The position numbers and the translations under genes are program-made. A DNA stretch of 61,718 nt, counting the filler. It is 7 parts of 7 records of this genome, joined end to end, with 100 filler letters (N's around TTAATTAATTAA, not from the genome) between each part and the next. Parts side by side here need not be neighbours in the genome. Positions count along the whole stretch, not along the records: positions 17,336 to 26,257 come from SRR31156797_5305; positions 26,358 to 40,228 come from SRR31156797_5307; 5 more parts are not named here. One strand, written 5' to 3'. Shown piece by piece: positions 19,810 to 30,546 of the stretch. Every line of letters begins with the position of its first letter. Positions within the stretch are counted from its first letter, which is position 1. The notes beneath the pieces were generated by a model. It did not search any database. It was not told where the DNA came from and worked only from the letters and a program-made list of their open reading frames with translations.

Positions 19810-22482
19810 TCAGAATCGGAAATTTATAAAGAAATTCAGGGTTAAATCTTGTGCTTTTACCAGGTTCGTTTCGGTAAACTGATTGTTATTTACATCGAAA
19901 ACACGTGTATAAATATCGAGGTAATTTTCAGTATTAAAGGCGTTTAGTATTGAAAAGCCGGGTTTTAAATTCACATTTTTAATGTTAAAATTATAATTCA
20001 ACGAAAAATCGGCCCTGAAATAATCGGGCAGGCGGTAATAAATCCGGGTAGAATTAAATTCTTCATCTTTCTCCGACGATGCTATGTAAGGTTTGCCGGT
20101 GGTGAAAATGGTAAGTGTAGAGAAATTCCATTTACGGTAATTATAAATGTTTGTCCATTTAAACTCATGCGTTTGATCGAAATTAGAAGGAATACTATTT
20201 CCGTTATTTATTTCTGCAAAGCTTCGGGTCGATTTACTTAACGAGTATGCAACCCAACTGGTAAAATTATTGCTTTCGTATTTGGCAAGAAAATCGATAC
20301 CAAGCGATTTACCACTTCCCGATATAAACTGACTTAAATCATTTTTATCAAAACTTGATGGCGGAATACTTTGGCGATTTTCCGGATTAAAAACAAATAA
20401 ATACTCCTGTAACCCTTTCACCGATTTATAGTAACCCTCTATATCAAAAAAGAAATTGTTTTTTTCGAAACTTACGCCGGCAATAAAATGGTTCGATGAG
20501 ATTATTGGATTTGTATCACCATCGGCAAGTACCCAAAAATCACGGTTGTATCCATATTTTTGTTCTGTTCCCGATTTGTTCATGTATTGAAAGTATTTAC
20601 CGGTCGCCACCTTAAAAGTTAATCCAAGGTTGGTTTTATAATTTCCGGTAAAACGGGGTTCAAAATAAATTTTTTGAGAATTACTGTAATAGTTTGCACG
20701 AAATCCGGGTTTTATGGACAGTTTATTATTCAGGTTTATTTTATCCTGAGCAAAAAAAGCGACTAATGTAGATGAACTTTTTAGATTGCTGTAAATAAAA
20801 TCGCGGGTAGCGTCTTTATAAAATGTAAACTGGTTGTATTTAGCAGAAAACCCGAATTCTAATTTGTTTTGCGAATTTATTGAATATTCATTTTTAATTG
20901 CTACAAAATAATCGGTTAAATCGTTCGTTTCGTTTGTGATATCAGTTATTTCATCCTCCTGAAAATCTGAATCGGGTTGATTATCGGAATTGAAAATTAG
21001 TGTAGTATTGTTATAATAATCGTTGAAATAGCCTGAATGGCCTAATTGCAGACTGGAAAAATATTTACTGTTCCATTGTTTATTCCAAGAAATACCCAAA
21101 CCGTAGTTTCCCCATTTGTTTATGTCGTCGGAATCTATTTCACCAAATTCGTTTGAGTTGTTATTGGAACTGTTTAAATTATCTTTTGAACCATATGAAC
21201 TAAATGACATGTTTTCTTTCTGGTTGATTTTATAGGTAAGTTTTAAATTGTAGTCGCTAAAATAAAACTCAGGGGTTATTACATTTGAATTGGGTTCAGG
21301 AGCACGTCGGATTTGTCCCAGCCTGTCGTTTAAAAGTGCATCTGAAAGCCAGGTTGAATAAATATCGGAATAAGCACGTCGTCCGGCTGCAACCAACGTT
21401 AGTTTTTTTGATATTGGAATTTCTGCAGTTAAGTTTCCACTAATAAGATTTATTCCACCGTAAAACTCCGGTTTTGTTTGATTACCCGTTTTTCCGACAA
21501 TATCGACTATTGCCGAAACACGTTCGCCATATCTGGAATCGAAACCACCGCGGTACACTTGAATGTTTTTAATTACATTCGGGTTTAATGCAGAAAAAAC
21601 GCCAAAGAAATGGTCGAGATTATATAATGTAAATCCATCGAGTAAAACCAGGTTTTGATCGGCAGAACTGCCCCGTACATTTAGTTGCGATGAATTTTCA
21701 AAAGAACTGATTCCGGGTAAAAGTTGAAGTGCTCTGAAAACATCGGTTTCGCCATAATTCGGAAGATCGACAAATTTAGTTGGATTAAATGTTACATGAC
21801 CGGCATCGTTGCTAAAATCAACCATCTCAAGTTTGTCACCTGTAACATCCACTGTTTGAATAGTTTGTGTTTTTTTTAACAGTCCCATGCTTAAAAAACG
21901 CGTGGCCTGATTAGAATTTATTACAGTATCGAGTGTTTGATAACCGAGGTATTTTATTCTAAAAAACGATGATGCTGAATCTTGCAGATGAACGCTAAAA
22001 GTACCTTCTACCGTTGAAGATATTGTGAGGTTCTTTTGCCACGAATAAATGGTTGCATAAGGAAGATGTTCTCCTGTTTCACGGTCGTAAACAATTCCCG
22101 AAAAAAGAATTTCTTTTGCCTTTTTTGCTTTTCCTTGTTGTGCAGCTTTAGCATAAATCAGGTACGTATCGTACTTTAATTCAAAGGTGAAATTGGTCTC
22201 CTCCAGTAACGAAACAAGCACATCGTTTGTGTTCTTCTCTGAAATTGTTTTAGTGATTGTAATTGTTTTTAACTTTTCAGAATCAAACGAAATGCGAATG
22301 TTCATTTCTTGCGATACATCAATCAACGCTTTAGAAAGTGGAGTACTGTTAAATGAAAATTTTATGTTTTGCGAATAACTGGAAAAAGGGATAAACGTAA
22401 AAATTATAATAGTCAAAAAAAATTGTAGTAGATTAATTTCTTTTCTCTGAAATGATAACTTTTTTGTCTTCCTTAATTTCAT
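19810..22482 (-). CDS. TonB-dependent receptor with N-terminal signalling/CarboxypepD-like and plug domains
   Basis: GETDVFRALQLLPGI, NVRGSSADQNLVLLDG plug; C-terminal Phe; follows FecR; exact start uncertain. Confidence 0.88.
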   Translation of the reverse strand: MKLRKTKKLSFQRKEINLLQFFLTIIIFTFIPFSSYSQNIKFSFNSTPLSKALIDVSQEMNIRISFDSEKLKTITITKTISEKNTNDVLVSLLEETNFTFELKYDTYLIYAKAAQQGKAKKAKEILFSGIVYDRETGEHLPYATIYSWQKNLTISSTVEGTFSVHLQDSASSFFRIKYLGYQTLDTVINSNQATRFLSMGLLKKTQTIQTVDVTGDKLEMVDFSNDAGHVTFNPTKFVDLPNYGETDVFRALQLLPGISSFENSSQLNVRGSSADQNLVLLDGFTLYNLDHFFGVFSALNPNVIKNIQVYRGGFDSRYGERVSAIVDIVGKTGNQTKPEFYGGINLISGNLTAEIPISKKLTLVAAGRRAYSDIYSTWLSDALLNDRLGQIRRAPEPNSNVITPEFYFSDYNLKLTYKINQKENMSFSSYGSKDNLNSSNNNSNEFGEIDSDDINKWGNYGLGISWNKQWNSKYFSSLQLGHSGYFNDYYNNTTLIFNSDNQPDSDFQEDEITDITNETNDLTDYFVAIKNEYSINSQNKLEFGFSAKYNQFTFYKDATRDFIYSNLKSSSTLVAFFAQDKINLNNKLSIKPGFRANYYSNSQKIYFEPRFTGNYKTNLGLTFKVATGKYFQYMNKSGTEQKYGYNRDFWVLADGDTNPIISSNHFIAGVSFEKNNFFFDIEGYYKSVKGLQEYLFVFNPENRQSIPPSSFDKNDLSQFISGSGKSLGIDFLAKYESNNFTSWVAYSLSKSTRSFAEINNGNSIPSNFDQTHEFKWTNIYNYRKWNFSTLTIFTTGKPYIASSEKDEEFNSTRIYYRLPDYFRADFSLNYNFNIKNVNLKPGFSILNAFNTENYLDIYTRVFDVNNNQFTETNLVKAQDLTLNFFINFRF

Positions 22483-23314
22483 AGTTTAACTCCATGGGAA
22501 TGCAGATAATATCTAACGCTTCCTGCAAATTTTTGGTGGAAAAAGCAACGGTTATTTCTCGTTGTTTATTGCTGTTAAATTGTACAGAAACATCAAATTG
22601 CCTTTCCAATTCGTCAAAAATAGAAACAAGCGGTTTATCTTCAAAATAAAAGAGTCCTTGTTGCCACGAAATTGTTTTTTTTATATCATTTTTTGGCATT
22701 TTTAACAATCTGCCGGATGTTAGTTTTACTAAATCGCCAGGTGTTAAAATTTGCTCTTCTGAATTTGCGGTTACCTTAACTTTTCCAGTAATGCAACTCA
22801 CCCAAAATTCGTTGTCTCTTGAAAATACATTCAGTTGAGTTCCTAAAATTTCAACATTCCCATTTTTTGTTTCAATAAGAAACGAATCTCCTTTTTTTAC
22901 TTCAAAATATGCTTCTCCCGTAAGTTTTAATTTTCTTGAATCGTTAAATTTTTTGTTATTCCAGGTAATTTTTGAATCTGAATTTAGTGTTACGTTTGTT
23001 CCGTCGGGTAATATAAATTCAGTATGTTCGGCAACTTTAGTTGCAATGTTTTTTTTCGATAAAACGGTGGAAAAAGTGTAAACACCAAGCATTACAACAA
23101 TTATTGCTGCTGCCTGCAAATAAGGCTTCATTTTGAACACTTTAACCGGGGTTGAATCATCAATTTTCGAGAATAAAACATCCAATGCTTCGTTATCGTT
23201 CATTCCTGCCGGAGGTTCCAGTCCTTCAGCCATCTGTAAGATTTTTTCCTCTGAACTCATTTCCCTGAATTCATTAGAATATATGCTGTATTTTTCGGAA
23301 TCGTTCCTGTGCAT
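22433..23314 (-). CDS. FecR-family anti-sigma factor
   Basis: LPDGTNVTLNSDS, LTGEAYFEV, VEILGTQLNV, SWQQGLFYFED. Confidence 0.92.
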   Translation of the reverse strand: MHRNDSEKYSIYSNEFREMSSEEKILQMAEGLEPPAGMNDNEALDVLFSKIDDSTPVKVFKMKPYLQAAAIIVVMLGVYTFSTVLSKKNIATKVAEHTEFILPDGTNVTLNSDSKITWNNKKFNDSRKLKLTGEAYFEVKKGDSFLIETKNGNVEILGTQLNVFSRDNEFWVSCITGKVKVTANSEEQILTPGDLVKLTSGRLLKMPKNDIKKTISWQQGLFYFEDKPLVSIFDELERQFDVSVQFNSNKQREITVAFSTKNLQEALDIICIPMELNYEIKEDKKVIISEKRN

Positions 23315-23327
23315 GGTACTTTCCCTT

Positions 23328-23843
23328 TTAAATTTTATACTGTATTGTTTTTTTTAACTCATCCAGGGCATTCTTCATTCTTTTTTCAATGGCTTTTACA
23401 CTTAATCCAAGGTTTTCAGCAATCTCATTATATGTGTATCCATCTATTCTGTTCATTAAAAAGACAACCCTGTTTTTTTCTTTTAAAGAACTTATTGCAT
23501 GTTGTAGTTTGTCGTTGAATTCTTTAAATTCCAATTCAAATTCGGGCGATTCTGATAACCCAGCTGGTTTGTATTTACTGGCAAAATCGTAAACCACCTG
23601 TTGGTGTTCAAAACGATTTTTTGTTAAATTTCCGGCAATGGTATATAAAAGCGGTTTAACCGTTTCTACCCTAATTGTATCTTTTTTTTCCCAGACTTTT
23701 ACAAATGTATCCTGTACAATATCTTCAGCTACTTCCATGTCACCCGTTTTGAAATATATATAATTCCTTACAGGTTTGTACATCTGTTGAAACAGTTCTA
23801 TAAATTTGGTTTTGTCAATCCCCGACATTGAATTAATTTTCAA
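23328..23843 (-). CDS. ECF RNA polymerase sigma-70 factor
   Basis: AEDIVQDTFVKVWE region 2; GYTYNEIAENLGLSVKAIEKRM region 4. Confidence 0.93.
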   Translation of the reverse strand: MKINSMSGIDKTKFIELFQQMYKPVRNYIYFKTGDMEVAEDIVQDTFVKVWEKKDTIRVETVKPLLYTIAGNLTKNRFEHQQVVYDFASKYKPAGLSESPEFELEFKEFNDKLQHAISSLKEKNRVVFLMNRIDGYTYNEIAENLGLSVKAIEKRMKNALDELKKTIQYKI

Positions 23844-24061
23844 AAAATTACTTTCAATTTGTTCTACTCTGCTTACTATACAGGAGCAAAATATTTTACC
23901 CTAAAATAGCGATTTAAATTTATTCAATTTTGAAGAATTACGATTTTCTGCATTTCAAATAAAACCAAAAGGAAAACAAGGTTGTTCTTTGTTTATGAAA
24001 TGCCTGTTACTTTTTTATTCTGATCTTTTTTGGATTATGTAACCGTTAAAATTCGAATACT

Positions 24062-26083
24062 ATGAAATATAAATATTCCAATCAGTTAAAACATTCTTCA
24101 TCGCCATATTTGCTGCAACATGCACACAATCCGGTAAACTGGCAGCCCTGGAGCGACAACGTAATTTCAATGGCAAAAAAAGAGAATAAGTTGATTTTGG
24201 TAAGTATTGGTTATGCAGCCTGCCACTGGTGCCATGTAATGGAACACGAAAGTTTTGAAGATGAAGAGGTAGCTGCAGTTATGAACGGGAATTTTATTTG
24301 TGTAAAAGTAGATCGCGAAGAACGACCCGATGTGGATCATTATTACATGACCGCGGTTCAGTTAATGCAAATGCAGGGCGGATGGCCATTAAATGTAATA
24401 ACACTTCCTGATGGAAAGCCAATTTGGGGGGGCACTTATTTTCCAAAGGAAACCTGGGTAAAAACAATTTCATCTATTGCAAAATATTACAGTGAAAACC
24501 AGGAGAAAACTGTTGAATACGGAGAGAATTTGCAAAAGGGAATTGAACAGGTTTCGTTAACCGGAGAAGCAAAGGAAGTAATTCCTGCAACTTCGCAATT
24601 ACTGGACCATGGAGTGTCGGAATGGAAATTAAAATTTGACATGGAAAATGGGGGCAGAGTGGGGCATCCCAAATTTCCGATGCCGGTGAATCTCGACTTT
24701 TTATTGTATTACAGTTATATAAAAAACGATGAAAAAACACTCGGTTTTGTTCAGGTCACGCTGGAAAAGATGGCACGAGGCGGAATTTACGATCAGATTG
24801 GTGGTGGTTTTGCCCGTTATTCTGTCGATGATAAATGGAAAGTTCCGCATTTCGAAAAAATGCTTTACGATAATGGTCAGTTGTTAAGTATTTATTCCAA
24901 AGGATTTCAACTTTTTAAAAGCAATGAATTTAAGGCTGTTGTTTATGAAACGGCAGATTTTATTGAACGGGAATTAATGGATGAATCTGGAGCTTTTTAT
25001 TCGTCGCTCGATGCCGATAGTGAAGGCGAAGAAGGGAAGTTTTATGTGTGGAATAAAGATGAACTGAAGTTGATCTTAAAAGAAGATTTTGAATTGTTTT
25101 CGAAGTATTATAATTTAAATTCAAGAGGATTTTGGGAAAATGGAAATTATATTCTGTTGCGCCATAAATCGGATAAAACGTTTGCAAAAGAGCAAAACAT
25201 GGAAATGGGTGAACTGCAGGAAAAAGTAAAAACATGGAAAAGTTTATTACTGAAAGAACGTTCAAAAAGAATCAGACCTGGTTTAGATGATAAAACTATA
25301 ACATCGTGGAATGCACTGGTAATTCAGGGTTTAACCGATGCTTATAAAACTTTTTATGATGAGAGGTTTTTACAAATGGCATTGAGGAATGCAAATTTTC
25401 TTCTGGTAAACCTGATTCATTCTTCCGGTAAATTATTTCACACCTGGAAAAATGGAGTCGGTTCGGTTGATGGTTTTTTAGAAGATTATGTTGCTGTAAT
25501 TCAGGCTTATATTTCGTTGTTTGAAATTACCGGCGACAAAAAATGGCTGTTTATATCCATTCAGTTAAACGAGTATGTAATCCGAAATTTTTATGATGAA
25601 GAAAGTGGATTGTTTTATTTTTCAGAAAAAGGCCGGAAAAATATTGTTACCAATCATTTTCAAAAAGAGGATAATGTAATTGCAGCATCGAATTCAATTA
25701 TGGCAAATAATCTGTATAAATTATATTTGATTAAAGGTAAACCGGAGTACCTTACTATTGTGAAAAGGATGTTGCATCATATTACCCCACAGTTTTCAAA
25801 TTATCCGATGGCATACGCCAATTGGGGAACGGTAATGTTAAAACTAAATGAACCCTATTTTGAAGTAGCAATTACAGGAAAAGGTTCAGGTAAATTACTT
25901 AAGGATTTGCAAGCCGGATTTCAGCCTAATATTTTATGGGTGTTTTCTGAAACTGAATCGGAAATTCCATTATTATCGGGGAGGTTTGTAAGTGGAGAAT
26001 CGCTTATTTATGTATGCAGGGAAGGTGTTTGTCAGCTGCCGGTAAGATCTGTAAAAGAAGCACTACAACTGCTTGAAAACTAA
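24062..26083 (+). CDS. YyaL/SSP411-type thioredoxin-domain protein
   Basis: [51 protein letters not shown]. Confidence 0.92.
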   Translation: MKYKYSNQLKHSSSPYLLQHAHNPVNWQPWSDNVISMAKKENKLILVSIGYAACHWCHVMEHESFEDEEVAAVMNGNFICVKVDREERPDVDHYYMTAVQLMQMQGGWPLNVITLPDGKPIWGGTYFPKETWVKTISSIAKYYSENQEKTVEYGENLQKGIEQVSLTGEAKEVIPATSQLLDHGVSEWKLKFDMENGGRVGHPKFPMPVNLDFLLYYSYIKNDEKTLGFVQVTLEKMARGGIYDQIGGGFARYSVDDKWKVPHFEKMLYDNGQLLSIYSKGFQLFKSNEFKAVVYETADFIERELMDESGAFYSSLDADSEGEEGKFYVWNKDELKLILKEDFELFSKYYNLNSRGFWENGNYILLRHKSDKTFAKEQNMEMGELQEKVKTWKSLLLKERSKRIRPGLDDKTITSWNALVIQGLTDAYKTFYDERFLQMALRNANFLLVNLIHSSGKLFHTWKNGVGSVDGFLEDYVAVIQAYISLFEITGDKKWLFISIQLNEYVIRNFYDEESGLFYFSEKGRKNIVTNHFQKEDNVIAASNSIMANNLYKLYLIKGKPEYLTIVKRMLHHITPQFSNYPMAYANWGTVMLKLNEPYFEVAITGKGSGKLLKDLQAGFQPNILWVFSETESEIPLLSGRFVSGESLIYVCREGVCQLPVRSVKEALQLLEN

Positions 26084-26161
26084 ATATTTACGTTAGATTG
26101 GAAATGGTTTTGCAGAAATCTTTCTTATTAAGTCGATTTTATTCTTGAAACAAAAGCGCAT

Positions 26162-26197
26162 AAAAAAAGTAATTCCGGCGTCCATTCCGGAATTACT
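26162..26197 (-). terminator. Terminator hairpin, probably of a convergent off-contig gene
   Basis: AGTAATTCCGG...CCGGAATTACT 11-bp stem with A7 on its left (U-tract on the minus strand). Confidence 0.6.
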
Positions 26198-26257
26198 CTA
26201 TTAGCTTTTCTTTTTTTTAATCCGTTATGTAATAAAAAAGATAGGGTTTGTATTTTT

Positions 26258-26357
26258 NNNNNNNNNNNNNNNNNNNNNNNNNNNNNNNNNNNNNNNNNNN
26301 NTTAATTAATTAANNNNNNNNNNNNNNNNNNNNNNNNNNNNNNNNNNNNNNNNNNNN
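26258..26357. other. Artificial contig spacer
   Basis: N44-TTAATTAATTAA-N44. Confidence 0.99.
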
Positions 26358-26622
26358 TATTAAGAGAAATCCAGTCATTATTTACATGATCAATACAGTT
26401 TTCATATCCTTCATCCCAAAATGTATACTCTTCAAGTATTTCCTGCTGAATACCTGCCTCGACCTCTAACGCAACCATCACTCTTTGGCGCATATTTTCT
26501 GCAGCTAAATCATCCAAGGATTTAAAATAAAAATAAAAAACCACTAGGACGCCTACAAAGCTAAAAGCAAGAACCGAGAGAATCGCTTTCCGCACTAATT
26601 TACCTTCATAGAACTTACGCAT
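26358..26622 (-). CDS. Membrane sensor protein, CHASE4-like N-terminus (3' truncated)
   Basis: TM helix followed by EYTFWDEGYE, resembling the CHASE4 W-D-x-x-Y motif. Confidence 0.55.
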
Positions 26623-26755
26623 ATTTTACCTATATATTATGAATTTCATCCTCTAATTAAACACACAAACACCAGTTACACATTGAAATAATATCACTTT
26701 CAAACCTCTGTGGCAAAAAAAACTGATTAAAAATGTAAAACTGTTTGAGACTCAA

Positions 26756-26798
26756 TAAAAAAAACACCATTTCATTTCTAATAAAATGAAATGGTGTT
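26756..26798 (-). terminator. Terminator of the repressor-fmdE transcript
   Basis: AACACCATTTCATTT/AAATGAAATGGTGTT stem followed by a long T tract on the minus strand. Confidence 0.75.
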
Positions 26799-26847
26799 CC
26801 CGATTGGCAGTAAAAAACATTACAAAAATTTTTCTACAACTCTCCAC

Positions 26848-28485
26848 CTACTTCCCAAACGGACATTTAGGAAAAGTGCAAGACCGACAACTGAGGCAAA
26901 GCCCACCTTCTGCTATGCGTGCAACGTCTTTACGGGTTATATTTTGCCCTGCAAGTATGCGCGGAAGCAACAGGTCGAAACTGGTGGTCTTGTAAAACAA
27001 GGCACAGGCCGGAACGCCTAGAACATCCGCCGTGCCGATCTTGCCGATAAGAAGCATGGTTCCGGGCAATGCAGGCACTCCGAATAAAGCATCTTTCAGT
27101 CCGGCATCAACCAGTCCGGCCCGAGTTGCATCATCCGGGTCAACAGATAGTCCGGCGGTTGTTACTATTAGGTCAGCACCCTGATTCAGAAGTTCTTGCA
27201 CACCATTTGAAATTGCATCCCGGTCATCAGGAACAATCGCGCTGGCGACCACTTCACACCCCAAACGCTCTACCTTACCGCTAATTATAGGGATAAATTT
27301 ATCTTCGATGAGTCCCTGAAATACTTCCGTTCCAGTAACCAGAATTCCCACTTTACCCTTTCTGATCGGGGTGACAGAAAAAAGCGGTGCTTCATCCAAC
27401 ACATTGAGCGCATTGCGGAAGACCATCTCAGAAATATACAGAGGAATTGCCCTTGTGCCGGCAACAGGTTTACCTTCATCAACTAAGATATCGCCCTGAC
27501 GGGAAGTACACATCACATCGGGCAGCATGTTGAACCGCTCAAGAATGTCGCGATTGATAATGAAAAGACCTTTGTGCGCAGCACAGAAACTAATTTTACC
27601 TTCTTCCGGAGGAGTCTTAAACACAATTCCTTCCCCGGACATTCGTTCAGCAAAAGCTTGTGCTGCTTCATTTTCATGAACCATGCCGTCGGTAATCTTT
27701 TCATCCTGAACATAAACCCGGTTACGCCCCATCTGCTGTAATCGGCAGACATCTCCGGCTGTGATTTCCTGCCCGGCCTTAAACTCCGGTCCTTTTGAGA
27801 CTCCAGCCTCAATACGGGTCATGTCGTGCAGCGCAGTTTTACCAACAGCAGCTTCTACGTCCACAGCAACAACACAATCCTCACGAACAACCTCCCGCGA
27901 GCCACCCACATATGGCATTTCACCCTGACAGCCACGGCATATGGCACCATCACTGAGGGGATATGCTTCGTTACAGGACGGACAGATGGCGATATCACGC
28001 ATATGCTTATGGCCCATGAAATCAGCTGTGATCTGCACCGGAGTCACTGTACAGATTGAAGCCCCGGCCTTGGATATTTCAGCAAAAAGCTTATCAGTAT
28101 CCTGTTCTTTTTTAGGCTTGAGCTTCAAAAACCACGACTTGATCTCCGGCCACTCTTCAAGTTTTTCAGTATCGATATGGATGCGAACCCCTTTCCCTGT
28201 ATATTTATCGTACAGGGAAAGAGCGTAACGTCCCAGTTTAATGACTTTCATCCAGCCGTTACCGTATGAACAAAGAGAGAGAATTTGAACCGCATCAGGC
28301 AAGCATTTACCTGTTTCTACCACCGCATCAAAAAGCGTGTCTGCGGGCAGATGTTTTTTGGCTTCCTCCACCATGTAACCGCCGATGAGCAGTCCCGGTG
28401 CTGGGTATCCGTGAAATTTGCGAGCAACTTCCTTGAACTCTTCAAAAGTATACGGTCCAATGTTCATAGATCTAGATGTAGGCAT
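26848..28485 (-). CDS. FmdE-family domain + zinc finger + molybdopterin-binding (MoeA/MogA-like) fusion
   Basis: FHGYPAPG, CLPDAVQ (FmdE); CPSC..CRGC; LHDMTRI, TGTEV..G.IED, GLSVDPDD, PGTML, CLSCRSCTFPKCPFGK. Confidence 0.85.
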   Translation of the reverse strand: MPTSRSMNIGPYTFEEFKEVARKFHGYPAPGLLIGGYMVEEAKKHLPADTLFDAVVETGKCLPDAVQILSLCSYGNGWMKVIKLGRYALSLYDKYTGKGVRIHIDTEKLEEWPEIKSWFLKLKPKKEQDTDKLFAEISKAGASICTVTPVQITADFMGHKHMRDIAICPSCNEAYPLSDGAICRGCQGEMPYVGGSREVVREDCVVAVDVEAAVGKTALHDMTRIEAGVSKGPEFKAGQEITAGDVCRLQQMGRNRVYVQDEKITDGMVHENEAAQAFAERMSGEGIVFKTPPEEGKISFCAAHKGLFIINRDILERFNMLPDVMCTSRQGDILVDEGKPVAGTRAIPLYISEMVFRNALNVLDEAPLFSVTPIRKGKVGILVTGTEVFQGLIEDKFIPIISGKVERLGCEVVASAIVPDDRDAISNGVQELLNQGADLIVTTAGLSVDPDDATRAGLVDAGLKDALFGVPALPGTMLLIGKIGTADVLGVPACALFYKTTSFDLLLPRILAGQNITRKDVARIAEGGLCLSCRSCTFPKCPFGK

Positions 28486-28509
28486 ATCTCTCCTGGGAAC
28501 TTTTTAATA

Positions 28510-28797
28510 TCAATCCATATAGTTCGTCATGACGGTTACGAACTTGTCCATTGCTTCTACCGGGTCCTCACCGCTCTCAAGGGCCTCAGCATAACATTTA
28601 AGCATATAACGTTTCATAATGAGTTTGCTGGATGATTTCAGGGCAGAACGGGCAGCTTTAACCTGAGTAAGAATATCGCTGCATTCCTTACCGTCCTCAA
28701 TCATTCCCTGAATTCCTCTTATCTGTCCTTCAATGCGCTTCATACGTTTGAGGACATCATTTTTTATTTTTTCCTGTTCTGCTTCGGATTCGGGCAT
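28510..28797 (-). CDS. CsoR/RcnR-family repressor with x-C-x-C (CstR-like) fingerprint
   Basis: RMKRIEGQIRGIQGMIEDGKECSDILTQ; second site RYMLKC has Tyr where Cu-sensing CsoR has His. Confidence 0.88.
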   Translation of the reverse strand: MPESEAEQEKIKNDVLKRMKRIEGQIRGIQGMIEDGKECSDILTQVKAARSALKSSSKLIMKRYMLKCYAEALESGEDPVEAMDKFVTVMTNYMD

Positions 28798-28845
28798 AAC
28801 GTACTCCTTGATCTTGTATGTGTATGAGAGATTAAGTAGGGTCCC

Positions 28846-29499
28846 ATGATGACTGATAAATACACCAACACCCCAACGTCAGAAGAAGAAAACCTTGATC
28901 AGGTCTGCCTGCTCAACTGCATTGAACTTTGCGCCATAATCTTCCGGGGGATAAACCCCGAAGAATGTGCCGCACTTTTGGACGAAGGGCTGCCCGCACT
29001 GGCTACACTTTCAGCGGAATCGCTGCAATCCCTTTCAGGGCCACTGAAAAACCTTAAAACATCCTACCCGGATGTCACCGACGCTTTTTGCGCCGAACTT
29101 GAATCCGAGTACGTGCGATTGTTTATCAACAGCCGGGACGGGATTGTCGCCCCGCTTTATGAATCCTGCTACGAGCCCGGTTCCGGAAAAGTCATGGGCG
29201 AACCGCACCTTGTCATGCGCAAACGCCTTGAAGAGGCCGGCCTCACCCCTACCGGAGAACAGGCTTCCGAACCAATGGACCACCTGTGCATAGAGCTGGA
29301 ATATCTGTACGTACAGTTGGCTAACGGCTGGGGCGGAGGAGATGAGAAGGCCCTCAACAATGCCCGCTCCTTTGCCGCCGAAAAACTAATCTGGATTCGC
29401 AAATTCAACGAAAAGCTATCTTCCGGCGGAGCTATAAAATTCTACGTTGCTGCATCAGCGCTGCTTATCGCCATGCTGGAAGAGGTTACTTCCTCCTGA
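28846..29499 (+). CDS. TorD/DmsD-family molybdoenzyme chaperone
   Basis: EYVRLF, APLYESCY, EPMDHLCIELEYL. Confidence 0.92.
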   Translation: MMTDKYTNTPTSEEENLDQVCLLNCIELCAIIFRGINPEECAALLDEGLPALATLSAESLQSLSGPLKNLKTSYPDVTDAFCAELESEYVRLFINSRDGIVAPLYESCYEPGSGKVMGEPHLVMRKRLEEAGLTPTGEQASEPMDHLCIELEYLYVQLANGWGGGDEKALNNARSFAAEKLIWIRKFNEKLSSGGAIKFYVAASALLIAMLEEVTSS

Positions 29500-30487
29500 C
29501 ACATTTTCGTCCCGGCTTTCCACTCAAGGCATCGTTGATCCGCTTGACCAACGGTGCCGATCCGGAGACAAGATCATTACAGGAAAACATCTCTGTAAAA
29601 CCCTGAGCTTCTTTTTGAAGCATAAACACGGCAGGAAGATCCAATCCTTCACGCATGTCCCCGCTTTGCTCCAGAGGATCAGCCAGCATGGGAAATCCGG
29701 CCTTGTTAATTTTATGAAAACGCACGGCTTCGCGCCGATTCATTCCCAAGCCTACAGTGATAAAAAACATATCCGGGGTGCAGCACTCCAATTCCTTGCG
29801 GGCAGCATCAACACTCAAGACCGCCTGTGAATTTTCAGGATGCCCTTCCTCGACCAACAGAAGCAGAAAATACTTCGCTTCAAGTGACACAAGATCCAGT
29901 TTGCTTTGAGCTACCTGCAATCCCAGATAATTCCGCTCTTCAGCATTGCCGCTGAAGGTAAAACTCATGTCCGGGTAACTTCTCTGATCCGCGACTTTTT
30001 TTGGCGGTGGATGACTCTCCACCCAACCAAACCAGCCGTGGGGATAGCGGTAAACTGATTTGTATCCAAGACGCGCAGCACGGCGCGCCGCAATGGCACT
30101 GCGCAGTCACCTGAAACTGCGGCAATAAATGATTACCGTTCTGTCTAAATCAGGCCCAAGCAGCTTCCGGAATTTCTTTTCCTTGTTTTCAGAAATATAC
30201 TGCTCTTCACTCAGGTCGAATTCCATATTCAGGGCACCGGAGATATGCCCGTCCTCGTATTCATATCCAGCCCGAACATCCAGCAGCAGTGCTCCCGGGT
30301 CACTTTTCAGCTTGTCAGTCAGTCCTTTTTCATCCACCAGCTCATAGCCGAAACGATACGCCTCGTTTTGCGCATCAGGCCACCAGCTGGGCAAATTATT
30401 TACCGCCTGTGCTGACCCGCAGAGGAAAATCAGACACAGGGAAAATAGGACGATTAACGTTGTCAGCAAAATTCTGGTTCCGGCCAT
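29486..30487 (-). CDS. Putative selenoprotein: exported rhodanese (Sec at codon 127) fused to a thioredoxin-like domain; split into two ORFs in the track
   Basis: In-frame TGA at 30107-30109 in YCRSFR-U-LRSAIAARRAARLGYKSVYRYPHGWFGW aligns with YCQGLK-C-KLSHKSAKKAVKLGYKNVKVYPYGYPGW of the neighbouring rhodanese; frame stays open to TAA 29486; ATG 30487 after GGAG. Confidence 0.85.
30072..30106 (-). promoter_or_regulatory. Candidate bacterial SECIS element
   Basis: Directly 3' of the UGA: lower stem GCGCAG/CUGCGC, upper stem GCGG/CCGU, loop CGCG starting 19 nt after the UGA (folded by eye). Confidence 0.6.
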
Positions 30488-30504
30488 GACTGCTCCGGTA
30501 AATT

Positions 30505-30534
30505 CAGGGGCCGGAATCAAAATTCCGGCCCCTG
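30505..30534 (-). other. 13-bp GC-rich intergenic hairpin without U-tract
   Basis: CAGGGGCCGGAAT-CAAA-ATTCCGGCCCCTG between the two rhodanese genes. Confidence 0.7.
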
Positions 30535-30546
30535 CCTAAGATTCAA

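Noticed and set aside
30107-30109. TGA as a true stop or pseudogene lesion
   Set aside because: It falls exactly on a conserved Cys column, with intact downstream homology and a SECIS-like hairpin
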